Positions 13,546 to 28,600 of a stretch of 64,000 nt of DNA are shown here, in pieces. The notes below the pieces were generated by a model. The model was not told the DNA's origin. It did no database searches and saw nothing but the letters and a program-made list of their open reading frames with translations. Source of the DNA: the human T2T-CHM13v2.0 reference genome, Homo sapiens; NCBI RefSeq assembly GCF_009914755.1, contig NC_060927.1; one strand, given 5' to 3'. Numbering within the stretch: position 1 is the stretch's first letter; the number at the start of each line of letters is the position of its first letter. The position numbers and the translations under genes were made by a program.

Positions 13546-14414
13546 CACAACAAGCTCCGCTTCCTCATCACAACACTGTTTCAATTTCTGTGCAAGGTTG
13601 CCCTTGACCAGATCTTTGACAATATGCCCCTTCCAGCCAGTTTTCATTTCAATCCATTTACCTAATGTTGCATCATATCTATGTGTTACAATCTAGAGCC
13701 TGTACACTCAAATATAGTTGAATAAACTTTGCCTTGTCTATCATCTGCAGTACATAATTTTCTCTCAAAAATAAATTGACTGTATGGCACAATTCTTCAA
13801 CTAATCCATATATTAATTAGCCAACATCTAGAGAGAGAATATGTATGTCCTGGTTGACTTTTAAAAAAAAAATTCATAGAAGAATTTGCAGCTGCTATAA
13901 TATGCTTAATTTATAATATACTTCATCTCGAGAAACATAACAACACAAAAGACATTTGAATTCCTAAATGATATATTTGGAACAAACATAAAAACTATAA
14001 TTAATGAAATAAATATATTTGTATGCTTAAAAATATGCAAACCAATAGGTTGAAAATGTTCACTTTAATGTAGATAAAAATCACAAGAATAGAAAACTGC
14101 AATGCCAAGGAAAAAAAGAGAAATATCGTAAGGAAAATAATTAAACAAAAACAACAATGCTAAGTAGTTTTACAGCTATTCTCTGTAGCATTTAAAACTA
14201 GATTCAAGAAAAGAATAGATATTTGTATTTCAAGTTTTAGTATCATCTCTTTGTATCTCGAGAACTGTAACAATCAAAATTATGTGTTGCAGAATAAAAT
14301 CTGTTCTGGCTACTCAGAATATTTACTAATCTTTGTCTCCTCTATGATATGTTTCCATATTTTTGGTCAGGAGGATATAGTGAAATTCCACTTCAGTACA
14401 TCCTTCGGCTCCAA

Positions 14415-14872
<458 letters not shown>

Positions 14873-15809
14873 ATAAAGCAAGCACACAGAAATATATAAA
14901 TATATAAATGTACAAGCAACAACACAAGACTCAAAACAAAATAAACATCTTTATTATCTAATAAGAAACCAAAAAGAAAGCTGTGAGAAAAAAATTCTAT
15001 GGGTTTGTTGAGGTCTAGATAATCATAAAGACAGTAGCAGGATGGAACTCAGTTCTCTGATTATCAGATGGAAAGTACTTAATATGAGAGAAGAAACTTG
15101 ACCCACTTCCAAAGTTTAATGCCAGCAGCTGATGTGCGGTTCCTCTATCTTAAAAGCATGCTAAAAAATTGAGGCTCGTCACACTAGGCCTGATGCAATG
15201 GCTTTAGAGCAACTTGTGAACCTAGGGATGGTGGAAGACAAGCAGCTTTGCAAGCAGAAGCAAATCCAGTTCTCCCACTAGAGTCATGGATGAATTTCTA
15301 GCACAAGTATCACTTCAAAGAAGAAGCAACAGCCTGTGATTACAACCTCTGGCCCAGGAGAGAAGATCAGAACCAGGCAGAGCCAATGAAAAATGATACA
15401 CCTCTGAAAAAGACAGAGAGATACATAAAAGAACAGCTCAAGTAACAAAGCAAAAAGAAACAACAACAACAAAAATCTCCCAATCACCCAAAAAGTTAAC
15501 TCAAAACCAAATCTGCAATATATAATGAAATGTAATATCTAATGCTAACAAAGGCAAGTTTTCTCTTTAAAAAGTCAGATTATAACGTTAGCACAAATTA
15601 AATAATTTTTTCGATGTTTATATTATAAATATTCAAGTAGCCAATGTAGAAAGTCACTCACATAGCAATCACATAAATTCAACAGTTATTAATAATTTGT
15701 CATGCTTGTGTGTGTATTCACACATGTATACATAATACATGTACATATATAAACACACAGATCTATACGTGTGCTTTAGTGTATATTTGTGTGTGTGTAA
15801 GTGCACATA

Positions 15810-17460
15810 TTTTTGAAGTATTTGTGGAAAAAATTACACACAAAATTGCTCTTCACTCCTAAATACTTTAGCATGCATTTCATAAGCACATTTAATTTCT
15901 CCTACACAAATGCAATACTTTCATCAAACCTAAAAAAAGAAATAAGAAATCCCACTAAGTAACATCTTAATTATTTTTTAAATTCCCTAAATTGTTCTCA
16001 AAATATGTCATATATCTTTTGTAAAATATCAAACATCCAATTAAGTCTCTCATGTTGTTTTTAGATCTTATAGCTTTTTAACAATTTTAATCTAGAAACA
16101 TCACTATTTCCCATCTTTTTAAGTATACATTGACTTTTATATGAAACTTGACATAGACTCTAAAAAATGTTTTATCTATTTAACTTTCTGTAGACTGAGA
16201 ATTATAGTTAAAGATAATCAAATTCAAGTATGTTTTCCAATAATATTAAGTGATATTATGTTTTCTTATTGAATCTCATGTTAACACACATAAGTGAGAT
16301 TTGTCCAAAATTATTGATGCTATTTGATCTCATATGCAATTTGCAACTCATCTACTTGGTGATAATATGACACTATGAAAATATCCTGTTTTCCATGATG
16401 TTATATCTAATATTTTTAGCTTTCATTGGTTCCCCTTGACAGGATATATATCTATTGAAGATTATAAAGTGATGATCTATTAATTTTCTTCCTCCTTATA
16501 CATTCATTATGTGAGATTCTTCTATAAAATAGACATTCTCCTCATCAACTGGGATGACAAAAATTTCTTATAAATTGTAATAATATATACTTTGAGTGTT
16601 TTTCTTAATAATAGTCTACATTTTTCATATAAATGCAGTGAATTGCTTTCATTTATTCTATTTTAGGTAACTCTACATTCACTTTAAAAAACTACTTCCA
16701 TGCTCTACTACAAAACAAACTCCTAAAAATTGTTTCTGTAATGCAAAGAAATATACAACTTAAATTGTGGGAAAGTGTAGCAGAATATTTCTGTATTGCA
16801 GTCATTTTGGCATTGTCCACATTTCTTAAACACCTAACTTGTCTGATAACACACAATGTAAACAGCAGGTATGAAAAATAAACATTTACATATACTTCTA
16901 AATTTCGTTGTGGATTTCCTATTGGCATTGGATAACTAATCATATGTACAGCTGCAGTAGTAGGATATAAATATGCCTATTGACTCATACCACTGTGCAT
17001 ATTTGGAGTGTTACTTCCCACGTTGCGCCTTGCTATTGCAACTATTTTGTTTAATCTCCATTGAACCAAAAAAATTGGATCAAATTTCAGATTATAGAAT
17101 TGGTATATAGTCAGCTAATGACTAATAAAACTGTAACCTCTTAATTTGAATAATGCAATGAATTTGTAAATTTTATTGAGTCAACGTAAACATCATTACA
17201 TTTGACATGCTAGGGCCAAGAGCCTATGTCCATTTGTTTCACCTTCATTCATTATGCTAAACACTTTACTTTTGGCACAAGGTGCTCCAAAGTTGCTTCA
17301 TACTTTTCCTGCTCCAGATCTACTCCGCCATTTTTTTCTGAGAAGCCTTGGATTTTTCATTGAGAATGACATTACCAAATCAAAATATGGGTGCTAGCTG
17401 TGCTCATTTCAACTTAAGTACCATTGTTTTTAGTCTCATTTGAAAAAAGAATTAGGTGAT
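15810..17460 (-). mobile_element. Ancient L1MC/ME 3' fragments
   Basis: CTTCACTCCTAAATACTTTAGCATGCATTTC; TTTGGCACAAGGTGCTCC...GAGAAGCCTTGG...GGGTGCTAGCTGTGCTCATT. Confidence 0.6.
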
Positions 17461-18296
17461 ATTTAATTATTTACCAATTTGTTTTATTGTGATAAAATAC
17501 ACATGTAATTTACCATCTTAACCAACGTTAAGCATACAGATCAATTGTACCAACAAGTTCATAATACGCAGCCATTAACATCGTCTATCTCCATAACACT
17601 TTTTATCTTGTCAAACTGAAACTCTATGCACAATAAACAACACCTTCTCATTCCCCCCGGCCCCCAAGCCCTGGCATCCACCATTCTACTTTCTGTCTCT
17701 ATTATTTTGACTACACCAAGTACCTCATGTAAGTGAAATCATACAGTACTTTTTTGTTTGACTGGCTTGTTTTCCTTAGCTAATGTCCTCAAAATGTATT
17801 CGTATTGTGGCACATGTCAGAATTTCATTCCTTTTAAAGATTATCTAATATTCTGCTATATTTATATACCACATTTTGCTTCTTCATTATCCATCAGTGG
17901 ATGCTTAGCTTATTTACACATTTTAGTTAATGTGGATAATGCTGCTAAAAACACATATACACTTGTAACTCTTTGAGCTCTTTTTTCAATTATTTTGGTT
18001 ATAGACCCAGAAGTGAAATTCCTGTGTCATACAGTAATTCTATTTTTATTTTTTTGAGAAACCGCCGTACTTGTTTTCCACAGCAGCGGTACCATTGTAC
18101 ATTCCTACCAACAGGACACAAAGTTTCCAATTATTTCACATCCTTGCCAACACGTGTTATTTTCTGTTGTTGTTGTTGTTTTAATAGTAGCTATCCTAAT
18201 GACTGTGAAGTGGTATCTCCCTGTAGTTTTGATTTGCATTTTCCTCATCACTAGCGATGCTGAACTTTTTTTTAGGGGTCAATATATATTCAGTTC

Positions 18297-18953
18297 TGTT
18301 ACGTTCGGAATGTTTGTGTCCTTCCCAAATACATACGTTGAAAAGCAGCCCCCAAGGTGATGGTATTAAGGGGTGAGGCCTTTGGGGTATGATTAGATCA
18401 TGAAGGCAAAGCCCTTATGAATGGGATTAATGCCCTAATAATAGATGTCCCAGAATGCTGCCCTTGCCCTTTCCACTATGTAAGGATGCAGCAAGAAGGC
18501 ACTATCGACGAAGAATGGGCTAACAGACTCCAAATCTGCTGGTGCTTTGATCTGGGACTTTCTAACCTTCATATCTGTGAGAAATAAGTGTTTACTGTTT
18601 ATAATCCACCAAGTTTATGGTGTTTTTGTTATAGCATCTTCTTTTGTTTGTTTTTTGAAACAAAATCTGCTGTGGAATCCAGTGGCACAATCTTGGCTCA
18701 CTGCAAACTCCACCTCCCAGGTTCAAAGATTCTTGTGCTTCAGCCTCCGGAGCAGCTGGGATTACAGGCATGCACCACCACGCCCAGCTAATTTTTGTAT
18801 TTTTGGTAGAGATGGGGTTTTGCCATGTTGTCCAGGTTGGTCTTGAACTCCTGGGCTCAGGTGATCCATCAACCTCAGCCTCCCAAAGTGCTGCGATTAC
18901 AGACATGAACCACTGTGCTCAACCCGTTATAGCATCTTGAATGGACTAAGACA
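18297..18953 (+). mobile_element. MLT1A-type solo LTR interrupted by an Alu
   Basis: TGTTACGTTCGGAATGTTTGTGTCC...GAATGGACTAAGACA. Confidence 0.88.
18641..18925 (-). mobile_element. Alu (AluJ/S)
   Basis: Reverse Alu; 13-bp TSD GTTATAGCATCTT. Confidence 0.96.
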
Positions 18954-21900
18954 TAGTCCTTTGCTCATTTGTAAATTGCGTTGTTTGTTTTTTGTTGCCA
19001 AGTGTTAGGAATCCTCTCTGTATTTTGATTATTAATCCCATATCACAGATACAATTTGCAAATATTTTCTTCTGTGGGTTGTTTTCTTACTCTCTTGATA
19101 GTGTCTTTTGATGCACAAATTTTGTTAATCATTAAATCCAATTTGTCTTTTTTTTCTTTTGTCACCTATAACTTGGTATCATATCAAAGAAATAATTAAT
19201 CCACCATGAAGTTTTTGTCCTATGTTTTTTACTAAAAGTCTTATACTGCTAGGTTTTACATTTAGGTCTTTCATCCATTTTGAGTTAATTTTTGAATATA
19301 GTGTTAGATAAGGATCCAATTTTCTTCTTAATTGGTGGATATCCAGTTTTCCCAATACCATTTGTTGAAAAACTGTCCTTTCCCCATTGAATAATCTTCT
19401 AACCCTTGCCAAAAATCATTTTAACATATATGCAGGTATTTTGTGGCTTTCCATCTTATTCCATTACTTTCTATGTCTGTTTTTATGCCAGAACCACACT
19501 GTTTTGACCTGTTTTGTTTTTCCCTTTTAAGATTGTTTTGACTACTGAGGGTCCTGTAAGATTCCATGTAAACTTAAGACGGGTTTTTATTTCTTCAAAA
19601 ATTATCATTGAAGTTTTGGTGGAGATTGTATTGAATCTATACATTGCTTTGGGTAGTATTGAAATCTTAATAATTTTGTCTTTTTATTCTTTAAGCATGG
19701 GGTAAGTTTTCATTTAATTAAAATTTTTAAAATCTGTTTTAACAATATTTTAACAATATTTTATAGTTTTACAGTACAAATCTTTCACATCTTGATTTAA
19801 GTTAATTCCTAAGTATTTTATTATTTTTTATGCAATTATAAATGTAATTGTTTTCATAATGTTATTTTAGATTTTTTCTTGTTATTGTATAGAGATGCAA
19901 CTGATTTTTTGCATGCTGACTTTGTTTTCTGCTACTTTGTAGCATTTGTTAGTTCAAATAATTTTTTCCAGAAACTTTAGTTTTTTTTAATATACAAGAT
20001 TTATTATTTCTGAACAGAGATCATTTTATTTCTTCATTTCCAAGTTAGATGTATTTTATTTATTTTCCTCGTCTGGTTTTTCTGTCAGAATTTCTAGTAC
20101 TATGTTGAATAGAAATGTTTTATCAGACAGCAAACATCCTTGCTTTTTCCCTAATCTTAGAGGAAAACTTTTTAATCTTCATCATTGAATATGATGTTTA
20201 TGATAGGTTTTTCATATATTCATCTTATCAAGTTGAGGTAGTTTCCTTCTATTCCTAATTTGTTGACTGTTTTTATTTTTTGTATGAGAGAATGCTACAT
20301 TTTGCCAATGCCTTTCCTGGGTCAATTAAGAGACTCAGGTGTGTTTATTTCCCCTTCATTATATGGTGCATTATATTGACTGATTTTCCTGTGTTGAAAC
20401 ATTCTTATATTCCATAGATAAGTTCCGCTTGGTCAGGGTGTATAATCCCTTAATATATGACTGATTTTGGTTTGGTAGTATTTTGTTTAGGATTTTACAT
20501 CAATGACCGTAGAGGATATTAAACATTTGCTGTTGTTGAGATATCTATATATTCCTTATCTGGCTTTGCTTTCAGAAAAATGTTGACCTCACAAAATGAG
20601 TAAAAAAGTGTTTGTTCTTTTTTAATTTTTTAGAAAAGTATAAGAATGATTTGAGTTAGTTCTTTAAGTAATTGGTAAACTTCATCAATTAAGCCATCAG
20701 AACCATGGCTTTTCTTTGACAGGAGAGTTAAAATTACTGATTCAATCTTTTTACTATTTATACATCTATTTAAATTTTCTATTTCTTGATGATTTAATCT
20801 TTGTAGATTTTGTGTTTTAGGGATATGTGCATTTCACCTAAGCTATCCAGTTTGCTGGATTTATTGTTCTTTCTTATAATTTGTTATTTGGAAAACTGGG
20901 AATAAAGTACTTACATTCGCTTATAATTTTAGTAATTTGAGTCCTGCCTTTGTTTGTTCATGTATCTAAAAGTTTGTCAATTTTGTTGATCTTTCCAAAT
21001 AAATAACTTTTTGTTTCATTGTTTTTTCTCTATTTTTATCTTCATTTTATAATTTATATCTCTCCCCATCTTTATTATATCCTTCCTTTTACCTTTGTGT
21101 TTAGTCATTTATATTTTTTGTAGTTCCTTAAATTGTAAAGTTGGGTTGTTGATTTGAGATCTTTCTTGTTTATCTGTTTGTATGTTTTGTGTAAGGATTT
21201 ATAGCTAAAAATTTTTCCCTTAGCACTGCTTTGGCTATATCTCATATGTTTTGATATGTTGTGTTTTCATTTTTATTTATCTTGATGTGTATCTAATTTC
21301 CCCTTGTGCTTTCTTCTCTGACTCATTTTGTGAATGTTTCTTCTCTGACTCATTTTGTGAATGTTCTGTTTTTTTAAATTTATTGACCTACTATGTTTAT
21401 TTTATTAAGTTTAATTTATTATGTTTAATTTATTAAGACCTAATACATGCTCAATCCTCTGAAATATCCATGTGCACTTGATGAGAATGTGTATGTTGTG
21501 ATGTTGGGTACAGTGTTTTATAAATGCCTCATAGATCTAGTTGGTTGATTATGTGGTTTCAGTCCTCTATTTCCTTACTTATCTGCAGTCTGGTTGTCCT
21601 ATCCAGTAAGGAGGGTGGGGTATTGAAATCTACAACTATTACTGTGTAAGTGTAAGTGTCTATTTCTCTCTTTAATTCTATCAGTTTTTGCTTCATATAT
21701 TTTGATGGTTTCTTATTATGTCAATGTTTATAATTATTATAGTTACTGCTATATTACAATTTAATTAATATATAATAATACATTAATTATAATATGTTAC
21801 ATTGTCTTTTGTAAGCTTTATTGATTTAAAGTCTACTTTTTTTCAGACATTAGTATAGCCACATCTGTTCTCTTTTGGTAACTATTTCCATGAAATATTT

Positions 21901-24900
21901 TTTACCAACCTTTTAACTTGCAATCTATTTACAAGTTTATATCTAATGTGAATTTCCTATAAACAGCACATAATTTGACCTTTTTTTGTCTTTTGATTAA
22001 AGAGTTTAATTCATTTACGTTTAAAATGATTCCAGATAAAAGGAGACTTACTTCTGTCATTTTGCTATTTGTTTTTGAGATTCCTTATAGCTTTTTTTTT
22101 GTCCCTCAGTTCCTGTATTACTGCATTATGGTCTTCTTTTTATATATGTTTTTTGTACTAAAGCCATTCAATTTTCTTATTTCCTTTTGTGTGTATCCTA
22201 CAACTATTGTATTTGTAGTTATCATGAAGTTCAAACTGAACATCCTCAAGTTATAATACTATAATTTGAATTCATAACAACTTCAATAACATGCAAAATT
22301 TCCTATTCTTTAATAGCTCCATCTTCACCCTGTAAAATTGTTAATATGAGAAAATTCATTTTATATATTTTTGTTCAAAAACATAAACTAATAAATCTTT
22401 TAAATGCATTAGTCTTTTAAATTATGTAGAAAACCCAATGTAGAGTTATAAACCAAAATAAGAATTACAGTAGATTTTATAAGAATAATTGTTTTATTTG
22501 TACATGCATTTTTCTCATAAGTCATGTAGAACAAAAATGGAGATGCAGGTTATTTTTATAATAATACTAGTTTTTATACTTTTCCATATGTTTACCTATA
22601 TTGAAATCTTTATTTCTTTATGCAGCTTCCAGTTACTGTATAATGTCCTTTTATTTCACCCTACAGAGCTCCCTGAGCATTTTTTTGTAGGTCAGGTCTA
22701 GTGATAACAAACTCCCTCATCTTTTATTTATCTGTGAATGTCTTAATTTCTCTATCACTTTTGAAGGATAATTTTACTGGGTATAGAATCATTGTTTGCC
22801 AGGTTTCTATTTTACCACTTTTGCTCTGTCAGACCACTACTTGTGGACTCCAAATTTTCTAAGAAATCTCCTGATCTTATTAAAAACTGCTTGTATATGA
22901 TAAGTTGCATGTTGCTTTTTGTAGTCAATGTTCTTTCTTCGTGCTAGGCTTTTGAAAGTTTGCTTATAGTGTATCTAGGTGTAGGTCTCTTTGACTTCAT
23001 CTTACTTGGAGTTGGTTGAGCTTTTTTGGTGTTTACATTCATGTATTTCGTCAAATTGGGGAAGTTTTAAGCAATTCTTTCTTCAAATATTCTGTATGCT
23101 CCCTTATCTCTATCCTTCTTCTAGACCTATCACAAGCCATAAGTTGGTCTGTTTGATGGTGTCACACAGGTCTCTTAGGCTCTATTCACTTTTATTCAAT
23201 TCTTTTAAAATTTTATGTTCCTCAGACATGCTAATTTCCACTTCAACTTCACTGATATATTCTTCTGCCTACTCAAATCTGCTTTTAGTGTCTGTATTGA
23301 TTTTTTTATTTAAGTTATTCTCCTTTTCAGCTCCAAAATTTCTTTTTGTTGGTGTTCCATTTTAGCTTTTCTCTTTATTGATATTTGTATTTAGTTTATG
23401 CAATGTTTATTTTATCCTTTCCATATCTTTAGTTTTGAAAGCATCATTAAGGCAGTTGTTTTAAAGTCTGTGTTGTAGACTCATCATCATATCTTTTTTA
23501 GGACACTTTCTGCTTATCTATTTCTTTTTCTTGAAATGGGCCATGCTTCCCTGTTTTTTTGTATGGCTCGTAATTTTTTGTTGAAAACTGGACACTTAAT
23601 AATGTGCTAACTCTGGAAATAAGATTATCTTCCTTTCCAAGGATTTGATTTTTCAGGTCTTTTCATGAAAAGGTTTTAAGATTTTTAAGCTTTTCCCTAG
23701 TCATATTCAGTAACATTCTAATTTTCACTGTGTATACATTTGTTTTTTAAATGTCCTAGGCTTTAATATCAGGATCCCAAAAAGGGTGGGTGGAGGAGAA
23801 AACTAATGGAGAAGTTATGGCACCAGCTCTTCCAATATTCTGGAAGTCACTTCTGCTGGAGGGAGAAGGTTTTACAATAATGAGGGGAGATACCACCACA
23901 ATAGCCATTTGCCTTTCTGTCCACAACTTTGTGATTGGAAGCAACAATCAGTGATCAGGATACAAATCCCTGATTTTGGGAAGACAGTGCCTTTTGGCCC
24001 ACCCTGGCTCCCACAAGCTGCATTCCTTTGATTTGAAGAACACTTGTACAGCTGTCTGCCTTAGGGGTGGTGAATGTATACCTGTTAATGTGCTAAGATA
24101 TAAACTGACCAAAGCTAACTTTGATTTATCATATAAGCCTTCCCCTAGAAGTTGTAAGCCCCAGAATTCTAAAATTGTCACGTTAAACAATTTCTGCCAA
24201 TGCAATTATTTTCTAGGTGGAGGAACAGATGTCTGATATTTCCTACTCTGTTATCCTCCCAGAATCCCCTCTAGATAGTATATTTTTAAAAGCAGTATTG
24301 ATGTTGGCCTTTTTGTGTTTGTGATTAAAAGTAAAGAATTGTTGTCTGAAGTTGTTTGGCTTTATACTTATGTCTCTTTTCTCTTAAATAGAAAATATTT
24401 TATGTTGTAGCATTAGTATATTTACTTGTTTTGATGCTACTATAAATTAATGAACATTAAGAAGAAATGGAACACAATAATAGTCAAACCGTGATTAAGA
24501 GTGGGAATTTTAGCAAATTAATCTATGCCCATATGCATCTCTATTCATACAAATACTATGCATATATATGCATACACAATTTTTGTGTCTTCGTTGTATA
24601 TAAGAAAATTCAAACAAATGTTATAAAATAGATACACCAATTGTGTTGCAATAGTAAAATATATATAATACAATCGTTTTAATAACAGTCATATTTTTCA
24701 TATGAGTAAGTCTCAAAAACATAATGTTGAGTAAAAAAGCAAGTAGCAGAATAATAGGATATAATTTCATTTGAATAAAATAGAAAAAAAACATGCTATG
24801 TATGGTTCATAAATATAATATTCCTATCTCAAGTAGGAGTATTAAATTATCTTGATATAATAGTTACCTTTATGTAAGAATGAAAATGGCTTTACTGGTT

Positions 24901-25830
24901 ATTAGACAAGAATGCATATTTTTTATATGTAGTTTATACACTTATTCAGACGTTCATCCAATAATGTTTATTGGGAGCTAAAATGCTCATCTTGGAAGTA
25001 TAATGGTTTTCAAAGAAATGTGTTAAATTTTAATCTTCTAGGGTAAATATAGACATTAATACTATTGATGATACAATTGATAAATGTCTCAGTAGTGACT
25101 AACATAGAAGATCATTAAAGAGAATACCACGCATCCTCAAATATTCAAGAAAGGACTTAGAAAATAAGGAACATCTATGCTGAAACCAAGAATTAATAAA
25201 TTAATGAAGATGAAGAAACAATTTCCCATCAGAAAGCAGCATGAACAAAAATCATAATGTCAAAGAGAACATCAATGCATGGAGGCAAGCATTTTTATAC
25301 AGATTAATTATCAAGCAGGAAAATTCGTGGTGGGATACTTGAACATACTAATTTAAATAATTAAAGAAAAAGAAATAATTTGAGATTGTTGAAAAGGAAC
25401 TTTGAAGAAAGTACTTTTATGTGGTTGAGATCATTGATACAATAATTAGTTCCTCAGAAAAACAAATCTAGTATTTACCCAGATAAACAAGAAAAGAAAA
25501 TGCAATAAAGCACAACATTAGGATTGAGAAAAATGATTTTTAAAATAGTGTTTTATATAATTTAAATCTTACTTGATGCTTCTCAGATAAAAGTTGTATG
25601 TTCGAATAGGTTTCTGCCATACTGTATACTATATTTTTGAATAATCACAACGTGCATTCTCATATTAAAAGCTCTGAAGATACTTGGTGATAAAGTATAT
25701 ATAATAGCACATATTTGTAATGTTTATATGTTCAATTATGAAACATTACATGATTATTTGTCTTTCTGTATGTGTTCAGATAAACTAGCTCATCAGACAA
25801 TAAATATAGCAGCTATAAATAATAAAGTAT

Positions 25831-26403
25831 TGTTCCAGTCTCCTTACTTCTTAATTTAGCAACGTACAAGTTATTGTCCCATGACAAAGAATAATAAGAT
25901 GCCCAGAAACCAGAGAGCGAGTAAGGCAGAGAAGGATTTACTAAGTGAGAGAAAACTCTCAGTAGCAAGAGAGGACCCAAAAATGTTGTCAAAAAAGGTG
26001 CTGTGTTCTGAGACTTTAATGTGGCAGAAACAAGGAAGTCTTCCATGGATTCTGCCTTAATGGGAGGGATGAAATTCCCCCCAGGGTATTGCATCTGCAC
26101 GTGCCTGGGGTTGGCCATAGTGACTCCATCTTGGTTATTACCCCTGATTGCCTAAGCAAAACGCATGGGAGCACTAAAACCACAATGCTAATGGTATTAT
26201 AATTTCAGGGTCATTTTAGGATGCCTTTGGCCTGAAATTCCCTTCTGAGAAAGCATCTGGGTATAAGAGGAAGTTTTTAACCACATTTCACCCTGCTAGC
26301 TACATAACAGGGGTGGTGCAGGTGCAGTCTTATAGGCGTTGTCCCTCTCCCAAATCCCTCCCTCTCTATTTGCCTAACCAGCCCCTACCTGCCTCCTCTC
26401 TTA
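25831..26403 (-). mobile_element. ERV1-class solo LTR, family not determined
   Basis: 573-bp GC-richer island beginning TGTT, 4-bp TSD GTAT/GTAT, GACTCCATCTTG and GCACGTGCC motifs typical of MER4-group LTRs. Confidence 0.7.
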
Positions 26404-26741
26404 GTATTATCTCTACCAATGGGACTTGTAAAAAACATCAGATGTGGTTAGAGTGAATTAGAAGCCATATAGGCTTCAGTGGCAAAAATCAGGAAAAGTT
26501 CAGTACAAACTACTTTTGGCAAAGGTACATATGAGTACATATTTAAGAATATGCATTAGAAACATTAATAGACATCTTCTACAGTAAGAAAGAACAAGAG
26601 AAGTAAAGAAAAATGAGAATAAGTCAATTAATGAATAAATAAATGTATCAATAAAACAGGAGAAATTGAAGAGAATGATGATAGTAATATATGAGCACTA
26701 AGGTTCAATTAGCTCATTGCTGCATCTGAGGGCCAAAATAA

Positions 26742-26840
26742 AGGAGAAGGAGGAAGAAATAAGAAGAAGGAGAAGAAGAGCATGAGGAGAAGGAGGAAGA
26801 GGAAGAGGAAGAGGAAGAAAAATGAAAAGAAGAAAAGGAA
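26742..26840. repeat. GA-rich simple repeat
   Basis: (GGAGAA/GAGGAA)n polypurine tract. Confidence 0.9.
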
Positions 26841-26934
26841 AATTAACATTAGCAGTGAGTAAAAGAAATACTAATAATAAAAATATTGCATGTGCATCTT
26901 ACAGGTTGTCTGCATAGGTAATAAAGAAAAAATA

Positions 26935-27550
26935 ACATATATATGTGTATATATACACGTATACATATAGATGTGTATATACACATATGTGTATATATAC
27001 ATATAGATGTGTATATACACACATATGTGTATATACACACATATATGTGTACATATACATATACATATATGTATACGTATACATATACATATACGTATGT
27101 GTGCATAAACACATATGTGTATATGCACATATACATATGTGTGCATAAACACATATGTGTATGTGTACATATACATGTGTGTGTACAAATACATGTGTGT
27201 ATATGTACATATGTGTATATGCACATATACATATGTTGTGCATATACATATGTGTATAAGTACATATATGTGTGCACATACGTATACATGTGTGTGCATA
27301 TATGTGTACATGTACATATGCATGTGTGTACATGTACATATACATATATGTGTACATATGCATGTGTGTGTACATGTACATATACATATATGTGTACATA
27401 TACATATATGTGTACATGTACATATACTTATATGTGTATATACATATACATATATGTGTACATATACATATACGTGTATATATACATATACATATATACG
27501 TGTATATATACATATACATATATACGTGTATATATACATATACATATATA
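26935..27550. repeat. Compound (TA/CA/TG)n alternating purine-pyrimidine satellite
   Basis: ~620 bp of TATACA/TATGTG/CATATA units. Confidence 0.97.
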
Positions 27551-27879
27551 GAGAGATAGATAAATATATGTAGAATATATCTGTATATATACATTTATAT
27601 TTATATTTATTTATTTTTATGTTTATATTTATAAACATATATATTTATAAACATACATTTATGTTTATGTTTATTTTTTATGAACATAAAAAAATCCCTA
27701 ATATATATGTTTAGTTCAATATGGATTTTTTTTATATCCTAAGAATAAATATAGTCTTATAAGTTTTTATATTTATATTCATATTATATATATAAATCCA
27801 GATAAAAAGACAAAACATTACTTAATTTAAAACTCTGAAAAATAAAGCAACAGAATAATCCTGGGATAAAGCATAAGTA

Positions 27880-28600
27880 TACATGTAAACAAATGATTTA
27901 TAAAAATGGAATTATTAAATTATAACTAAAAGTAGATATTTGTTTCTTTAAAAACTAAATACATATGCAGAGGGTTAACTGAATTAAAATAAATAAATAA
28001 GGTATAAGCCACAATATTATAAGTATATAGGTCAAAGAAGTACATGTAATACGCTTATGAATTTGAAGATTTTACAAAATACAAAACATAACACCTTGAT
28101 CCCAAGGAAGCCAGGAAACTCACAGTATTCAATTACTATGACAGTAAAAATAAAAATCATCAAAGTGTTGACACTTCCAAAACCAGCTGCCCATCTAGTT
28201 CCCTATATAAATCCTATCAAACATACAGGATGCAGTCTTTGACAGCTGTTTAAATTGATACAAACCATACAGACATAAATCCTTTATATTAAGTCTGAAC
28301 AGCACAGATACCAAGATCTGATGAAGTACACAAAGGCAAATGACATAAAAATCTTTTTTTGAATATTGAAGCTGAAAAGGTCTAGAAAATTCTAGCAAAG
28401 TTTAGCAGTATATTAAAATAATAATATATTTTGACCAATTATGGTTTATTGTAAGAATTAAAGGATATATTAATATTTGAAATCCAATTAATGTCATTTA
28501 ATGTATTAATGGTTTTAAAAATTAAAATTGATATTTGTAATGTTGAAGAGACTTTCAATAAAATTCAAGATGCATTGATCACAAGAAAAAATCACACTGA
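27880..28600 (+). mobile_element. Ancient L1ME ORF2 fragment
   Basis: Degenerate TATATTTTGACCAATTATGGTTTATT; TTTCAATAAAATTCAAGATGCATT. Confidence 0.55.

Larger units (their letters stand above)
17478..24272 (-). mobile_element. Near full-length decayed L1MB-type element
   Basis: 3'UTR at 17480-18270, ORF2 peptide [24 protein letters not shown] (19179-19412 -), ORF1-like region 22700-23600, 5' end near 24240-24272. Confidence 0.88.

Noticed and set aside
26849-27638. Long Y/I/H/M/C/T-rich ORFs (up to 255 aa) on both strands
   Set aside because: Alternating purine-pyrimidine repeats lack stop codons; translation artefact.
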